Shown: piece after piece, positions 1 through 12,164 of the stretch
Layout: the number at the start of each line of letters is the position of its first letter
Numbering within the stretch: position 1 is the first letter of the stretch
DNA from: the human T2T-CHM13v2.0 reference genome, Homo sapiens
Reading direction: 5' to 3' (one strand)
DNA: 64,000 bases
NCBI RefSeq assembly: GCF_009914755.1
Contig: NC_060926.1
Made by a program: the position numbers and the translations under genes
Notes under the pieces: model-generated
The model's input: the letters and a program-made list of their open reading frames with translations, nothing else
Databases searched by the model: none
Told to the model about the DNA's origin: nothing

Positions 1-830
1 ATAAGTTGATTTAATTATAGCTTAGTTTTATTTAACCGACTGGTAAAAGAAAAGTTAAGTTGAAGCTATGCATCAATACAGTTCACATTTCATAATAAAC
101 TTGTTCATAAAAATATATTTTGAAAATCATTACCACTTAATGTATTTTCCATCATACTTGCTGAAGTAGGCCTTCAAATGGGAACAGAATATTCATGCCC
201 CATAAAAATTTTGATGTCATCTTTTGGAGTGGAAATTAGAGATACCCCCATACTGATTGTTTTGTTGACAGGTAGAGTGTTTAGAGTTTATTTTTCAGGA
301 CATCCTTTATGTTCCAGCGATCTCTTGGAATTCTAACTTCTCCCTGTGACTCATGTATGCTCCACCCCCGCTTAGATACACCACAAACAGCCCTGGCTGC
401 AGTTGGCATGAATTGTGCTTTCTCTCTATTGGATCCTTTTACCAACATCTGTTAAAGCTTTAAAGGACTCACTCACAAACCCATGCGTGGGTCTTAGTAT
501 CCACAAAGGTTCTAGTAGCTTTGCTCCTCCTTGAAGTCTTCCTGGAATGGCTTCCATTTGCTTGCGTGGTAATATGCAGTATCTGAATAGCAGCTGGCAA
601 AACAAAGAAGTAAGACAAGGCCGGCATTCACTGTGAGCATCTCCAACTGATAAGAGTTCGTTCCAAGGTGTGTCTCTGTGGCCTTTGAAATGTGCTGGCC
701 TCTAGGCTGATCCCTGAGAAACCCTACATCAAAGGTCAGCAAAGCCTCAGCTTACTCCACATTGCAGTCCTCTCATTCAAATTTAGAGGAGGCCCTCTGT
801 CATAGGCAGGCCGGGTGTGGCTGTCTGTCC

Positions 831-935
831 TTTACAGATGAGGAAAGGGAAGCATTCAAGCTAAGTGTCATTTCCAAAGTCACAGAACCAGTAAGTAGCA
901 TGAATCAGCATTCAAACAAAGTGTTTTGACTCCAT
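831..935 (-). mobile_element. MIR SINE fragment
   Basis: Reverse MIR core tttacagatgaggaaa...ccaaagtcacagaaccagtaagtagca...tgactcc. Confidence 0.65.
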
Positions 936-1316
936 GCTATTTCTTAGCTTATCCTCTGATTAACTTAGTCAAAATATGTCCTTCTACTTTTGGTTAACAA
1001 GGGAGGATTTGAGTCAGCATCTCAAAAGTGAGGCAAGAAGAAGCTTAATAATACTAAACGTCAGAGACTACGGTTTAGTCAAGTTTTGTATTCCTGCCCC
1101 ACCATGGCACCACAGTCAATGAAATGGATGAAGGCAGATGCAAGGGAGGAAGCACACAAGAGTGGATAAAATTCACTAGTTAAAAACTGCTTTGCAAATA
1201 CGTGCAAAAAAGATTATGTAATTTTGCTGACAAGATATACATGTGACCAAAAAAAAATAACATCAGCGCTCCTGAAAGAGCATTAACAGTCCCCCATCTT
1301 AAATCGTAGTTGGAGT

Positions 1317-1476
1317 CAGGATCAGCTGCAAAATTTGTGGGCCCAGCGCAAAATGGGAATGTGGGGCCCCTTGTTCAACAATGATGAAGAGTTTCAAGAC
1401 AGTCATGCTAAAGCATTAAACCCAGCATGGGGCCCTGCGTGACTGCAGAAGTCCCACACCCATGAAGCCAGTCATG
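1317..1476 (-). mobile_element. MER45A-like hAT-Tip100 MITE
   Basis: caggatcagctgcaaaatttgtgggcccagcgcaaaatg...ggggccccttgttcaa...gcattaaacc...ccatgaagccagtcatg follows the reverse MER45A consensus end to end. Confidence 0.75.
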
Positions 1477-1524
1477 GGCAGCATCACCTTTTCTGCATGT
1501 TAGTCAGTTCTGCTTCAAGGACCA

Positions 1525-1741
1525 GATTTCAAGCTCAAAGTAAAGGAAAACTACCTACCAATTAGGGCTGTTTACAAATAGAGCAGATTGCTTTGTTAAG
1601 CAGGTGTTTGCCCTTCAGTGGAAAGTTCAGACAGAACCTGGAAGAACATCTGTCAAGGATGTTGAAGAAGGGATTGATCCCCACGTTAGGACAGAGCCAG
1701 ATTTGACCTCACAGGTCCCTTCTCATGCTAAGATTCTGTGA
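1525..1741 (+). mobile_element. L3/CR1 LINE 3' end
   Basis: Ends in tgacctcacaggtcccttc...agattctgtga, typical CR1 3' terminus; upstream ctgtcaaggatgttg and attagggctgt match the L3 3' region. Confidence 0.6.
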
Positions 1742-4700
1742 GTCAGATAATTTTCATCATTGTCAGATTTTTTTAAAAGAGCCACGTTATGTGATTCATT
1801 AATGCCACTGAAGAAGCCTACCAGATTTCCCGATACCTTAAAGAGGTACCATAACATCTCAGTGCCGGAAAGTCTTGTCATTATGGTCATTTGATAGAGT
1901 AAACGTGTCTGTACACACCTGAGCATTGACAGTATCTGCACAGTTTGAAAGGTGCTTGATAATGGACCTGACAGACAGCAAAGGAGGCTTGGGTATTTGA
2001 TTGCTTCAAAATCTGTGTGTCTGTCGATGCTATGCAAAGCTTAAGGTCCACTTGCAGATGAAGTCTCACAACTAAAACTTTTTGGTCACTGTGAGTCTGT
2101 GGTGTCACTGTAATTGTGGTGTCATTACACAGAGAAGCTAAGAAACTAGAAGGAAATATTTGAAAGTGCCACAGTTATAATATTGACATAAAAATTAAGG
2201 TGAGGGTCCACAGTTAAAAAATAGCAATTGCAGGATCCCCAAAGAAACCAGGCCACACATACAGTGGAGTAAAAGAAACTAGTCAGTTTCTCAACTCACA
2301 TTGGATCCTAGGACCAAAGCAACAAGAAAAGTATGAAACTACCAAAGTCTTACCGTTTTGCCCACGTAACAGAATCATTAACAATATTAACATCTTATAC
2401 TTTTATGGAGTCCCCTCAGGCTGTTCAGTTGTTTTAAATCTACTTAACATGAGTGAAATTCACCCTGGCTAGGAGTTAAGTTGATGTACTCCTGTTTGCA
2501 TCCAAAGCCGTCATCCAATAGCATTTGCCATTGCCATTTTGTTAATAAAATAAGAATGGCATGGGTTTCTAGCATCCTGGATTTTTTGTTGAGCAAAGCA
2601 GCACGGTGCATGAAAGGCATGTCAAGAGATGTGACGTAAATGGAAATGGCAGAGTAGCATAATGCAGCACAACAGGTGCACAAAATAGATGTTCAAAATG
2701 GTTTCTATTATTTGGCTTTTTTGGAATCAAATCAGAATCAAGAACAATAGTGGCCATTTCAGATAAATTACTTCTGCACATTCTTGCAGATTGAGCAGCT
2801 GTAAAGGAGGGGAGGGGGAAGTTTGGGGTGCTTGCTATTTGGAAGGTGGATGCAAATACATTTGTAATGTGTATACAGTATACTCTGTATATTAAATTTT
2901 TGCCTTTCATGTGCAATGATAAAAGTAGTTTTCCTTGCACGATTGCATGTTTCATTAATACTACATTTTAATAATTAAAAAGCACAACTCTAGAGGCAAT
3001 AGCTAACATAAAAGTTTACAGACAATCCATTATTTTTCTCAGACAGTCCTTCTGAAGAGCCCATGGAGATGTGGTTTAATGATTTAAGTTCTAAAATGGG
3101 TTGTTTAATAAAATATTGGGTGCTTATGTAGTTTTGTTCCAGCAGGCATTATCTTTTCTTTTGTCAGGTGTGGTGTTATTAATGATAGGAGGTGGGGTGA
3201 TGGACGGGTGCTCCCCTCTGCTCATCATTATCCACTTCTGCCCACTCTCTGGCTATTTTTGTTGCATTATGGTTACTATTTGTAATTTTTAATGTTGGGA
3301 AAGGAGAGGTTTGTTGTCTTTTTAATCCTCTTTGCTAGCATATTCTATTTTATTAGACATAATTCAGAGGAAGAGAGAGAAAGGGAGGTGGACATTGGTT
3401 AAGGGGGATATATAATTGGGTGTAGTGGGATTAAACTATTATTAGTGTACACTTCTAATGGATGCCCCATAAAGAACCTATGGCAAAGGCATTAATGAGT
3501 TATGAAGGAAGAGTAGGCAAGCTGAACAGTGTTCCCATTATCACAATCCTACCGATACACACACTGTTCAGCAACTCCCTGAAAGAAACACCAGACTCCT
3601 GATGTATTTAAGCAGAGTAATTTTCCTTCAGCATTATCTGTTCCTTTTAAATCTGCAACTTCCAATTTGCAAGACCTCTCTCACATGCCAATCTTGATAT
3701 TCAGCTCTGCTCCAACCTCAAGCCTTGACTATTTTTTAAAAAAAATTCCCTAAAACAGAGAAATATACAAATGTGTATGAAAAATGGCCTCTTCTTTGAT
3801 TAAAAAAGGAAAGAAAAGGCAAGATATGTGAACACTAATGCCCCCAGGTGATGGGAGTAGGAAGTGAGTTAAAGAGCACTATTTTTAGGTATTAAATATT
3901 CAAAAGTAAAAAAAAAAAACACACACACATTTTAAATGTGAAAACTATAATGCGCTTTGATGTCAGAGTTTAAAAAATAATCAGAGCTACATCCTTTTGC
4001 TTTGGTTCTTGTTGATGTTGCAGGTGAAAAATCAAAAAGAAAGTGAAAGTGCATAGGTTTTCACAGATAGATAGCATGCTTGAGGGTATTTGATAGCTTA
4101 CTCTTTGGTTTAAGCATGTATCTGAGGGATTACTCTCCACTTAAATTGGGTAAATATGTATAGTGAATCTCTTCCACCTTATATTTCTTCCACCCGTCTT
4201 CTTCCAATAAAGTGGGGTTGCCTCCTCTTAAAGGAACATATTATAGATTGATGACAACAGCAGAGAAGCCCTGACATATCAGCTAGAGTTACCTTTGCGT
4301 GATATTTTCAAACCTCACAGATTTTTGATAATACTTTTTATCTAAGATGGAACTACTACTGCACTTTACTAAAATTTATAATGATGCATGCTTGTATAAT
4401 GCTTTTTCCCCGGTGAAAGCATCACCCCACAGGATGATTTTGTGGCGTCTTTATTTTTAAACTTGTGTAAAGAATTAGTACTTGAGTCTTGTTTCATTAT
4501 AAAGTTTTGAATCATATTCTTTCCTAAATATATTTTTAAAAACAATTTTAAATTCTGTAGCTGGCTGTGTTTTCTGTGAATTCTCCCTACCTTTCTTCTG
4601 TGGAAGCCTATCCAGCAACTTGGAATGTGTTTGTAAAATAGGAAGGAAGCTAGGATAGTGTCCCAGTGGAAACTGAGCTCCCTCCCTAAATGGAATGTTT

Positions 4701-6019
4701 ATGTAAGCAATTTCACACGATAAGGTTTACAGTTAAGGTAGCACACATCCAAGACCCAGGATTTAACCTTCCAAAGATGCAGTTTCATTTTTCTGATGTA
4801 TCTTTTCGCTTGTATAAAATGGGTTTCAGCTCTCATACATAAACTACTAGGTAGAGAAATGAAAAGTTCTTTGCATGAAAAATAGTATTCTAAGGTATAT
4901 GAAAACTTGGTGTTGGAAGTAATTTTCACTTTTTTTTTCCATTCGTTTTTATTGCTTTCCAAAGTGAAAACTCCATAGATTCAGAAGCCAAAGGGCCTTT
5001 TGAAAAATGCCACTTTCAGATTTCAGCCAACAGCCACAGCTGAATCGACAAGGAAGGGTTCTAACAAGACAGTTGCTTGCTGCCGGCTACAGTTCCCACT
5101 TTTGTTTCCTATGGAAACTAACAGGGGGCAAATTGAAAGAGTGATTATTTTAAGCCTCCACTGTCTTTCCTGATCCAGTGTCTACAGTATTTTCATAGAA
5201 AATGGGAGTAGGAAAAGCAGAGGAGATGTCAGGCCTTGTCAGTTTCAGCTGTGGTTGTTGGCAGAGAGCTGAAAGTTTTAGCTTTTCAAACAAGCTACAG
5301 AAATCTCTGTTCTTTCTACTTTTAAAACAAAAATGTTAGATGAACATCCGCTTCACCTTTACCTATCCCTTCCATGTCTTCCTTTATGCATCCTGATTTT
5401 TAGGAAGGAAAAATGACCCAATGGTTCATATGGGCAGTTATGAGGGAAAATTGCAGTGCCAAACTTTGTTCCAATAAATTAACCTATGAATAATGGATTC
5501 TGTCTAACTGTAGGACACTGTATCTGTGAATGCAAGTAACTGGTTTATTCCATTGGCAATTTATATCCTAACCCTTGGTTTTCTTGATTGTTTCCCTCCC
5601 TATGAGCATTTCTTTATTTAGAAATCTCATCTTTTATGGGGTTAGAAAAAAAAGGCATAAGTTACAACAAATATCAATTGCCCAGAAAACATGAATTAGT
5701 ACCGATCATAATGCTAAAACTGCCTTAAATTAAGAATCAGTTCTGTCTTTGCATGGATAAAACTTCTCCTCCATTGTGAGTCACTTCTCTAGGCAACTTT
5801 AACCAAATCACTAAATTTAAATTTTAGGAATTCAGTATATTTCCTTATTTTTGATCCTCCAATTCTGGCCAGTCCTTTCTTTAATCACATAGTGGTTTAA
5901 ATGAGTTTATAGTTTAATCACATTCCATTTTAAGATCTATCGCTAAATAGGGAATCGTTTCTTTGACTGTTTCATATAATCCTGCAAAAGGAGTTCTTAT
6001 GATTGCTACTGATAGTATC

Positions 6020-6240
6020 TATTATTATTGGGTACTTTGTATGCACCAGGCACTTAGCATGCATTGTCTCTATTAATTCTCCCAACAATGTTTTGAGGTA
6101 CTTACTATTATCCTTGTTTTGCAGATGAGAAAACTAAGGTAGGTTAAATAACTTTCGAATGTCACACACTAAGACGTAGAGTAGAATGCAAGCGCAGGCC
6201 TTTCTGACTCAGAATGCACGTTCTTAACAACTGTGCTATA
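6020..6240 (-). mobile_element. MIR SINE, near full length
   Basis: tatgcaccaggcact...ttttgcagatgagaaaactaagg...tctgactcagaatgcacgttcttaacaactgtgcta is reverse MIR. Confidence 0.75.
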
Positions 6241-6441
6241 TCCCATTTTTGACCTCTGCTTGCGCACACATGAGGGAGAGAGGGTGGGAAATGACAGAAA
6301 ACAATCATCCATGTCCTGCTTACACTGTAGGCAGGAAGAACACCCCACACTGTTAACCTGACACGTTGGACGGCGCAGCATATATGCTCATTATGGTGCT
6401 GCAAGGTAATTAGGAAGAATGAAAGCTGTTCACAGAAAGAG

Positions 6442-6547
6442 CTATAAATAGTCAGAGATGTGATTTGTCTTCTTACTTTGTGGCTCCCCAGCGTCTCTAG
6501 CAAGCCTGGGCGTCCGCGGCCCCCACCCTGCCCCTCCCGTCTTATCT
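6442..6547. promoter_or_regulatory. Candidate cis-regulatory element (MEF2/TATA-like, KLF/SP, GATA motifs)
   Basis: CTATAAATAG 6442-6451, CCCCACCC 6521-6528, CTTATCT 6541-6547 in a local GC/CpG-enriched patch; motif evidence only. Confidence 0.3.
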
Positions 6548-6798
6548 GCAGAGGAGAGGCCTTGCTGTGGGAACGTCCTCACCGGGCACTGCTCCTTCCA
6601 AGGCTGCCTGGGGACCAGAGCCTGGCCCTGATGCTGACAGGACAGGGGCACACAGGAGATATGTGACCTCACAGGCATGGACACCACATCCCTAGCATCC
6701 AGGCATCTTGGGAGCAAAGGAGAGGGATCATGTTTACAGCAGGAGAAGGTGCTGGCCCAGATATGTTCTATGCCTTCTAAGACATCCTCTCCACTTCC

Positions 6799-6800
<2 letters not shown>

Positions 6801-6836
<36 letters not shown>
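6801..6836. repeat. (AC)18 microsatellite
   Basis: Perfect dinucleotide run read directly. Confidence 0.97.
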
Positions 6837-6838
<2 letters not shown>

Positions 6839-7629
6839 ACAAACTATGTTTCAATCTTGTCTCAGAGTCAAGAGTAGATCTCTATATTTAGGCTCCATCA
6901 GCTCAAAATTGCCTAAATTTTTTTGACAAGGCAAAAAAAAAAAAAGACATTCATCCTACAAATCACAGTTAATGCTATTACAAGTCAAATATCTACGAGC
7001 TTTAACAATTGATGTAAAGGTTGTATTTAAAGTTTGAACAAAGACTCCAAATTATTTCCCAGGTTGCAGGAGGTAGGGAGGGAAAGGAAGTCAGGTACCA
7101 CTAAGACATTTATGACCTGGAGGTGAAGACCAGAGAGCAGACTGGACCCTTGGGATGGGGAGGAGAGGGCTGAAAAACACCTCTACTCTATGGCTAATCG
7201 CCTTGTATATGTACTGTCTATACTCCGAGGATTTTTGTCCACACAAGCTCATTTAGAAAGCTGGAAAAAAAATCCCTCAAAAGTATGCTTTCTGCTTTTA
7301 ATAAAGAAAAGGGGAATTTTTTTTCCACTAAATTACTAACGTAAATTGCCAACTTCTCTTTTTTAAGAAAAATAAAATCTGATCTTTTAGACTCAACTCT
7401 TATTGATTCTAATTTGATAACAATATTTTTTGAGACAACTGTGTATATATTTCTTAAGAGGAACATTTTAGACTGCCAGAGCAAAACCCCCAAATGACTT
7501 CAAAAAGCCATTTTGCAAATCAAAAATGCATAACATTTTCATAGAGCAAATCTCCAAAACCTTATAATTAAAAAAAATTATAATCTACAAACCTGCACTA
7601 ATCTTGATAGTGCATACATAGATACATAG

Positions 7630-7675
7630 GTGTGTGTGTGTATGTACATATATGTGCACACACACACACACATAT
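7630..7675. repeat. Compound (TG)n/(TA)n/(CA)n alternating purine-pyrimidine tract
   Basis: gtgtgtgtgtgtatgtacatatatgtgcacacacacacacacatat. Confidence 0.9.
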
Positions 7676-7679
7676 TGAG

Positions 7680-7835
7680 AGTATGTTAGGGGCACATGCT
7701 CCGACGTCCGAGTCAACACTCTGGGTTTGAATTTGAGACATGCCATTTACTAATTGTATGAACTTGGATAAATTCCTTAGACTCCCTCTGCCTTGGTTTC
7801 TTTGTCTCTAAAATAGAAAACAATAGCAGGACTTA
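7680..7835 (+). mobile_element. MIR SINE fragment
   Basis: ctgggtttgaattt...gccatttactaattgtatgaacttggataaatt...ctctgccttggtttctttgtctctaaaatag. Confidence 0.65.
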
Positions 7836-7899
7836 TGGCCCTGGTACATGGTAACCATTATGAAAGTGTTTGCTAAATGAATAAAATATCATAATGGTC

Positions 7900-8070
7900 A
7901 TAATTTCCCTCCAAACAATCTGATGAAGTACTGTGGTCCCCATTTTGTCTGATAAAGTCATTCAGGCTTAGAAGCTCCATTCCATCACAGTTCGGAGACA
8001 CTGTTAATGTGGTGTTAATTCCAAGTCAGCCTGACCCCAAAGCCTGTGTTCTTTCCACTAAATCACATCG
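7900..8070 (-). mobile_element. Degenerate MIR fragment
   Basis: ccccattttgtctgat...cctgaccccaaagcctgtgttctttccacta. Confidence 0.5.
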
Positions 8071-8329
8071 CCACTTTCCCTTAATTTAGACTTGTCAATG
8101 TATTTTCTTTCATATACCTACTGATGTTTAAGGCTTACATATATTTTTTTTTACTTGAAGATATTTTTAAGATATCATGGGTGCAAATTCTTTAATGATT
8201 ATGTAGGCTTTTGTTTAAATTTGTCTTTTGAACTTATATTTTATGTAGTTTTAAAAATGAAGACAAATGAATCAATCATTTCTTGTAGTATCTTTTATTA
8301 TAATTTAAGATAGTTTATTAAATTCAATG

Positions 8330-8680
8330 TTAAAAATATTTCTCTTATTTTTTCCTGAAATATTTAGTTTTGATTTTACTTTTAAAATACATCATATGCA
8401 ATATATTTTTGCCAATAGTGTGAGGTAGGGATCTAATTTTATCTTTTCTGTATCTTTTTCTCCCTGTGGTTCTGGCACCTCTTATTAACAAGTCCCTTGT
8501 CCCTTTCCTTATCTGGCATCCCAGCTCAGCTTTCGTTGTGCTGTACTGAGCTCCCGTGTGTATGGGTGTGTGCACTTTGTCCCTGAGCTCCTGGTTCTAT
8601 TCCAGTGGTCTACTTGTGTAACTATCCATGAGTAGCACTATGCTTCAGTCACTATAGCTTTATCATAAGCCTTGATACCT
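8330..8680 (-). mobile_element. Old L1M ORF2 C-terminal relic
   Basis: agtgtgaggtagggatctaattttat and gttctattccagtggtcta...cactatagcttt match reverse L1 ORF2 (DPYLTPY and DQWNR regions). Confidence 0.7.
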
Positions 8681-9449
8681 GTTTTCTTCTTTCCATTATT
8701 ATACTTTTATGGATGATTTTGTCTGCATGATTTTAAATTCTCTTTTGCATCTTTCTACTTTCTTTGGGGTTTAAATGTTTATTCCTGAGGTAACCCTTCT
8801 TCAGTGATGCCTGTGAATGATAAACAATCAGAATCTTGGTCTCGAAATGTCTGAATTTCAAACCTAGTATCAAGTGATTATCGATATTTGAAATTCTATA
8901 CTGACAATTTAGTTATGTTCTACTAGTCTGCTTAATATACTATCCCACTGTCTTTATTTCTGGCACCTGCTGAGTTTACATTTTAGAACTCATATTTCAC
9001 ATATTTAAAAGAATCTTCATTAAATTATATTTGGCTTTTCATTATCTGTGCCAGGAGGCCATTCATGCTATCTAATTTACCATACTTCCAGAACCAGAAA
9101 TCAAAGAATCCTTTATCATTGGATCTCAGCCAGGTGCCATGTTGCAGGGGACATAAGGGAGATTATGGTGGGACGCTCCAAGACTAAGGTAGCCTTCTTC
9201 AGCCTACCTTTGAGGCATATCTTTGTGCTCAGTGATACATATTAGATGTGTTTTTCTTCCATGTGTGTTGTATTTCTCTTATGAAACACTTCCTGGATAT
9301 TTGGACATTTTGGTGGATCGTTCATAGCATTCAAAGTCTAGGGGATAGAACCCTTTGGGACCAAAAACCCCACTATCCTTTTCAAGCTTTCCGGGCATTG
9401 GTGCTATCCTTGTGTCTCAATTGAGACGGACGATCCCATCTTCAGAAAA

Positions 9450-9546
9450 CAGAATCCTGTTTGAGTCTACTTTGTATTCATATAATCTAGAATAGTTGAC
9501 TGCACACAGAAAGGATCTTTTGAATGCTTGTTGAATAAAGGAATGA
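9450..9546 (+). mobile_element. L2 3' end
   Basis: ctagaatagttgactgcacacagaaagg...aatgcttgttgaataaaggaatga. Confidence 0.55.
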
Positions 9547-9621
9547 TATAGAGGCAGGTGGAAGCAACAGGGATAAACCAACACGAATCAAGCAAGAATC
9601 CTAAAATGATGCACTTCTCTG

Positions 9622-9861
9622 TAGTAATCCCTTGGTCTCCACAAGGGGTTAGTTTCAGGACATCCTCCTAACTCCACTGACATTAAAATCCATGAATGTT
9701 CACATCCGTAGTGAGTTCTTCGGAACCCACAGATAGGAAAATTTGGCCCTCCATATCTGTGGGTTCCAACCCTTCGACACTGTGTTTCTCCTCTGGGGTT
9801 GGTTGAACCCGCAGATGCGGATCTCGTGGATGCAGAAGCCTCAGATACAAAGGGCCAAATG
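9622..9861 (+). mobile_element. MER2/MER2B-like TcMar-Tigger element
   Basis: tcccttggtctccacaaggggttagtttcaggac...aaaatccatgaatgttca...ggttgaacccgcagatgcgga...agggccaaatg followed by TA. Confidence 0.7.
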
Positions 9862-10231
9862 TATTTACAAAAAGTGATTTCACATGGAGAAACTCGAACT
9901 GCTTGATTTTAAACATGATTTTTTTTGAAGAAAGATATTGAAACTACGATATTTGTTTTGCTAAGAATGAAAATGTAGAGTTGTCCATGGACAGAAAAAT
10001 ATATTTCAAGGGTGACTTAAGCAGAAAGGAAAATTTGGTTCAGAAGAATAAAGCAGTATCAGGAGAAAAGAGCTTTGTAAGAGGGAGAGCATTTCCAGAC
10101 TGTAGAGGATCACAAAACTGATTTCTCCCCAGGAATGCTGATTTTATTCACTTGGCAATTTTAATCTGAGGAGCATTATCAACAGAACAGGTCTGAGGGA
10201 TGACTTAAATGTTAGGCATGCAATATGAATA

Positions 10232-11205
10232 CACATAATGATTTGAGAAGCATCCATATTGTTGTAAATATATCAAGAGTCCATGATTCTTTATTATTGA
10301 ATAGATTTCCATTGTATGAATACACTGCATTTTGTTTATCCATAAAACAGGATGGATATTTGGGTTGTTTCCAGATTTGGGCTGTTACAAATAAACCGGG
10401 ATGAACATTCATGTACAAGTTTTTTGTGGACTTATGTCTCCATTGTCATTTTATATCATAAACACCTAGAAAAGATGGCTGCAACATGTGGCAGGAATTT
10501 GTTTACCTTTATTTAAAAAATGCCAAATATTTTAAATACTTGTATAACTTTACATTTGCAACAGCAGAGTATGAGAGTTCTAGTTCCTCCACATCCTCCT
10601 CAACAATTACAATGATCAGTTTTTTATATTTTAGCCATTCTAATATGTATGTAGTGGTATCTCATTGTGGTTTTAATTGATATGCCCTAATCATTAATGA
10701 TGTTGAGCATCTTTCCATGGGCTTATTTGCCATCTATCTGCCTCTGTAGTGAAGTGTCTATTCAAATCTTTTCCCCATTTTTAATTGATTGTTTTGTTTT
10801 CTTATTATTGAGTTTTGAAACTTCTTTATATTCCGAATACTTAGTCTTTTTTCATATGTATATTTTAAAAATATTTTCTCCCAATGTATGGCTTGTCCTT
10901 CTTTTCTAAAAATAGGATCTTGTAGACAGAGAAAGTTTTTAATTTTGATGAACTCCAATTTCTCAGGTTTTTTTTTCTTTTTTAGATAGTGATTTTACTG
11001 TTGTATCTAAGAAATCTTTGTCTAAAACAATCACAGGGTTTTCTCTTGTGTTTTCTTCTGAAAGTTGTATAATTTTATACATTTTACATTTAGGACTATA
11101 ACAGTTGGAGTTAATTTTTTCCAATGTTGAGATATATGGATAAAGTTTACTTTTGGGGTCTATAGATGTCTATTTTTTCCAGAGTGATTTATTGAAATGT
11201 CTATA
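10232..11205 (-). mobile_element. L1M (L1MB/L1ME-like) ORF2 3' end and 3'UTR
   Basis: ORF-track peptides LFVTAQIWKQPKYPS and EFIKIKNF...WEKIF are L1 ORF2 C-terminal relics; gtggtatctcattgtggttttaatt. Confidence 0.88.
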
Positions 11206-11480
11206 TTGTTTTAATATACATATGTTTTAGAACTTTTTGGTTCATTTAAATGTGCAATCTTTCTTTTGTTTTCTCCTTTGTTTTGATGCTTAGAAAAGCC
11301 CCCAACTAGAGTTCAAGTAAATTACATTCTACAAAAACTTTTTAACTTCTTCTTCATCTTTTTTTCTCTATTCCAAGTTTTTATCCAAATAGAATTTATT
11401 GTGGTAGACAGTGACAAATATATAAATGTATCTATTTCTATGTCTATTTTTATATACATACATGGTGTTGTTGGTCAATG
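11205..11480 (-). mobile_element. Older, more diverged L1M ORF2 fragment
   Basis: ttgatgcttagaaaagcccc...ttttatccaaatagaatttattgtggtagacagtg resembles the reverse of the YTKINSKWIK to DFLDMTPKA region. Confidence 0.5.
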
Positions 11481-11609
11481 TATTACTAGAATTAAGAACT
11501 CTACAAGACTCCATACACCAAAATGGTGTCAAGTGATTTTAGAAGTCACATGGAAAACTAAAACTGAAAATACAAGAACACACAAGTTTTAGTTAGAGTG
11601 GGATGGAAT

Positions 11610-12160
11610 TGAGATATAATCTATTACCACATAAACAGATGATATAAAATTATTATTGAATATCAAATGTAACCTTTCATACTAATACATTTGGAAATAT
11701 TGAAGAATCTAAGAAAATATAAAATGACAAAATTGGATGAAAAAAGTTGAAAAATTGAATATAAAAATAAACATGGAAGAAATTGGAACTGTTTTCAAGG
11801 AATTACCTCATGAAATGCTCTAGGTCCAGATGTCATTAGGGGTGAGTTTTTTCAAAAAAGTTTCAAAGTATATAAACTGAATCAGAGCACAAAAAAAGAA
11901 AGTTTCCCAGTTATTTTTGCAAAGCTAGTACAACACAAAAACAAAACACAGTTTAATCTGTGCATATGGGTGTAAAAAGTCCTAAACCATATTAGAAGAT
12001 CAAATCAATCAAATCTAGCAGTACAGAGAAAAATGAATGTGCCATAAGCCATTGGGCTTTATTCTAAAATGTGATGGGTAGTTCATCATCAAAAATCTAG
12101 TAATATAAACCAGTAGAGAAAAACCTCATGATTACCAGTAAAAATCTCCAAAGATCTATG
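11610..12160 (+). mobile_element. Old L1M ORF2 relic (pre-RT and RT start), plus orientation
   Basis: ctctaggtccagatgtcattaggggtgagttttttcaa resembles SPGPDGFTGEFYQ; aaaacctcatgattacc resembles KNHMII. Confidence 0.7.
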
Positions 12161-12164
12161 TTTT

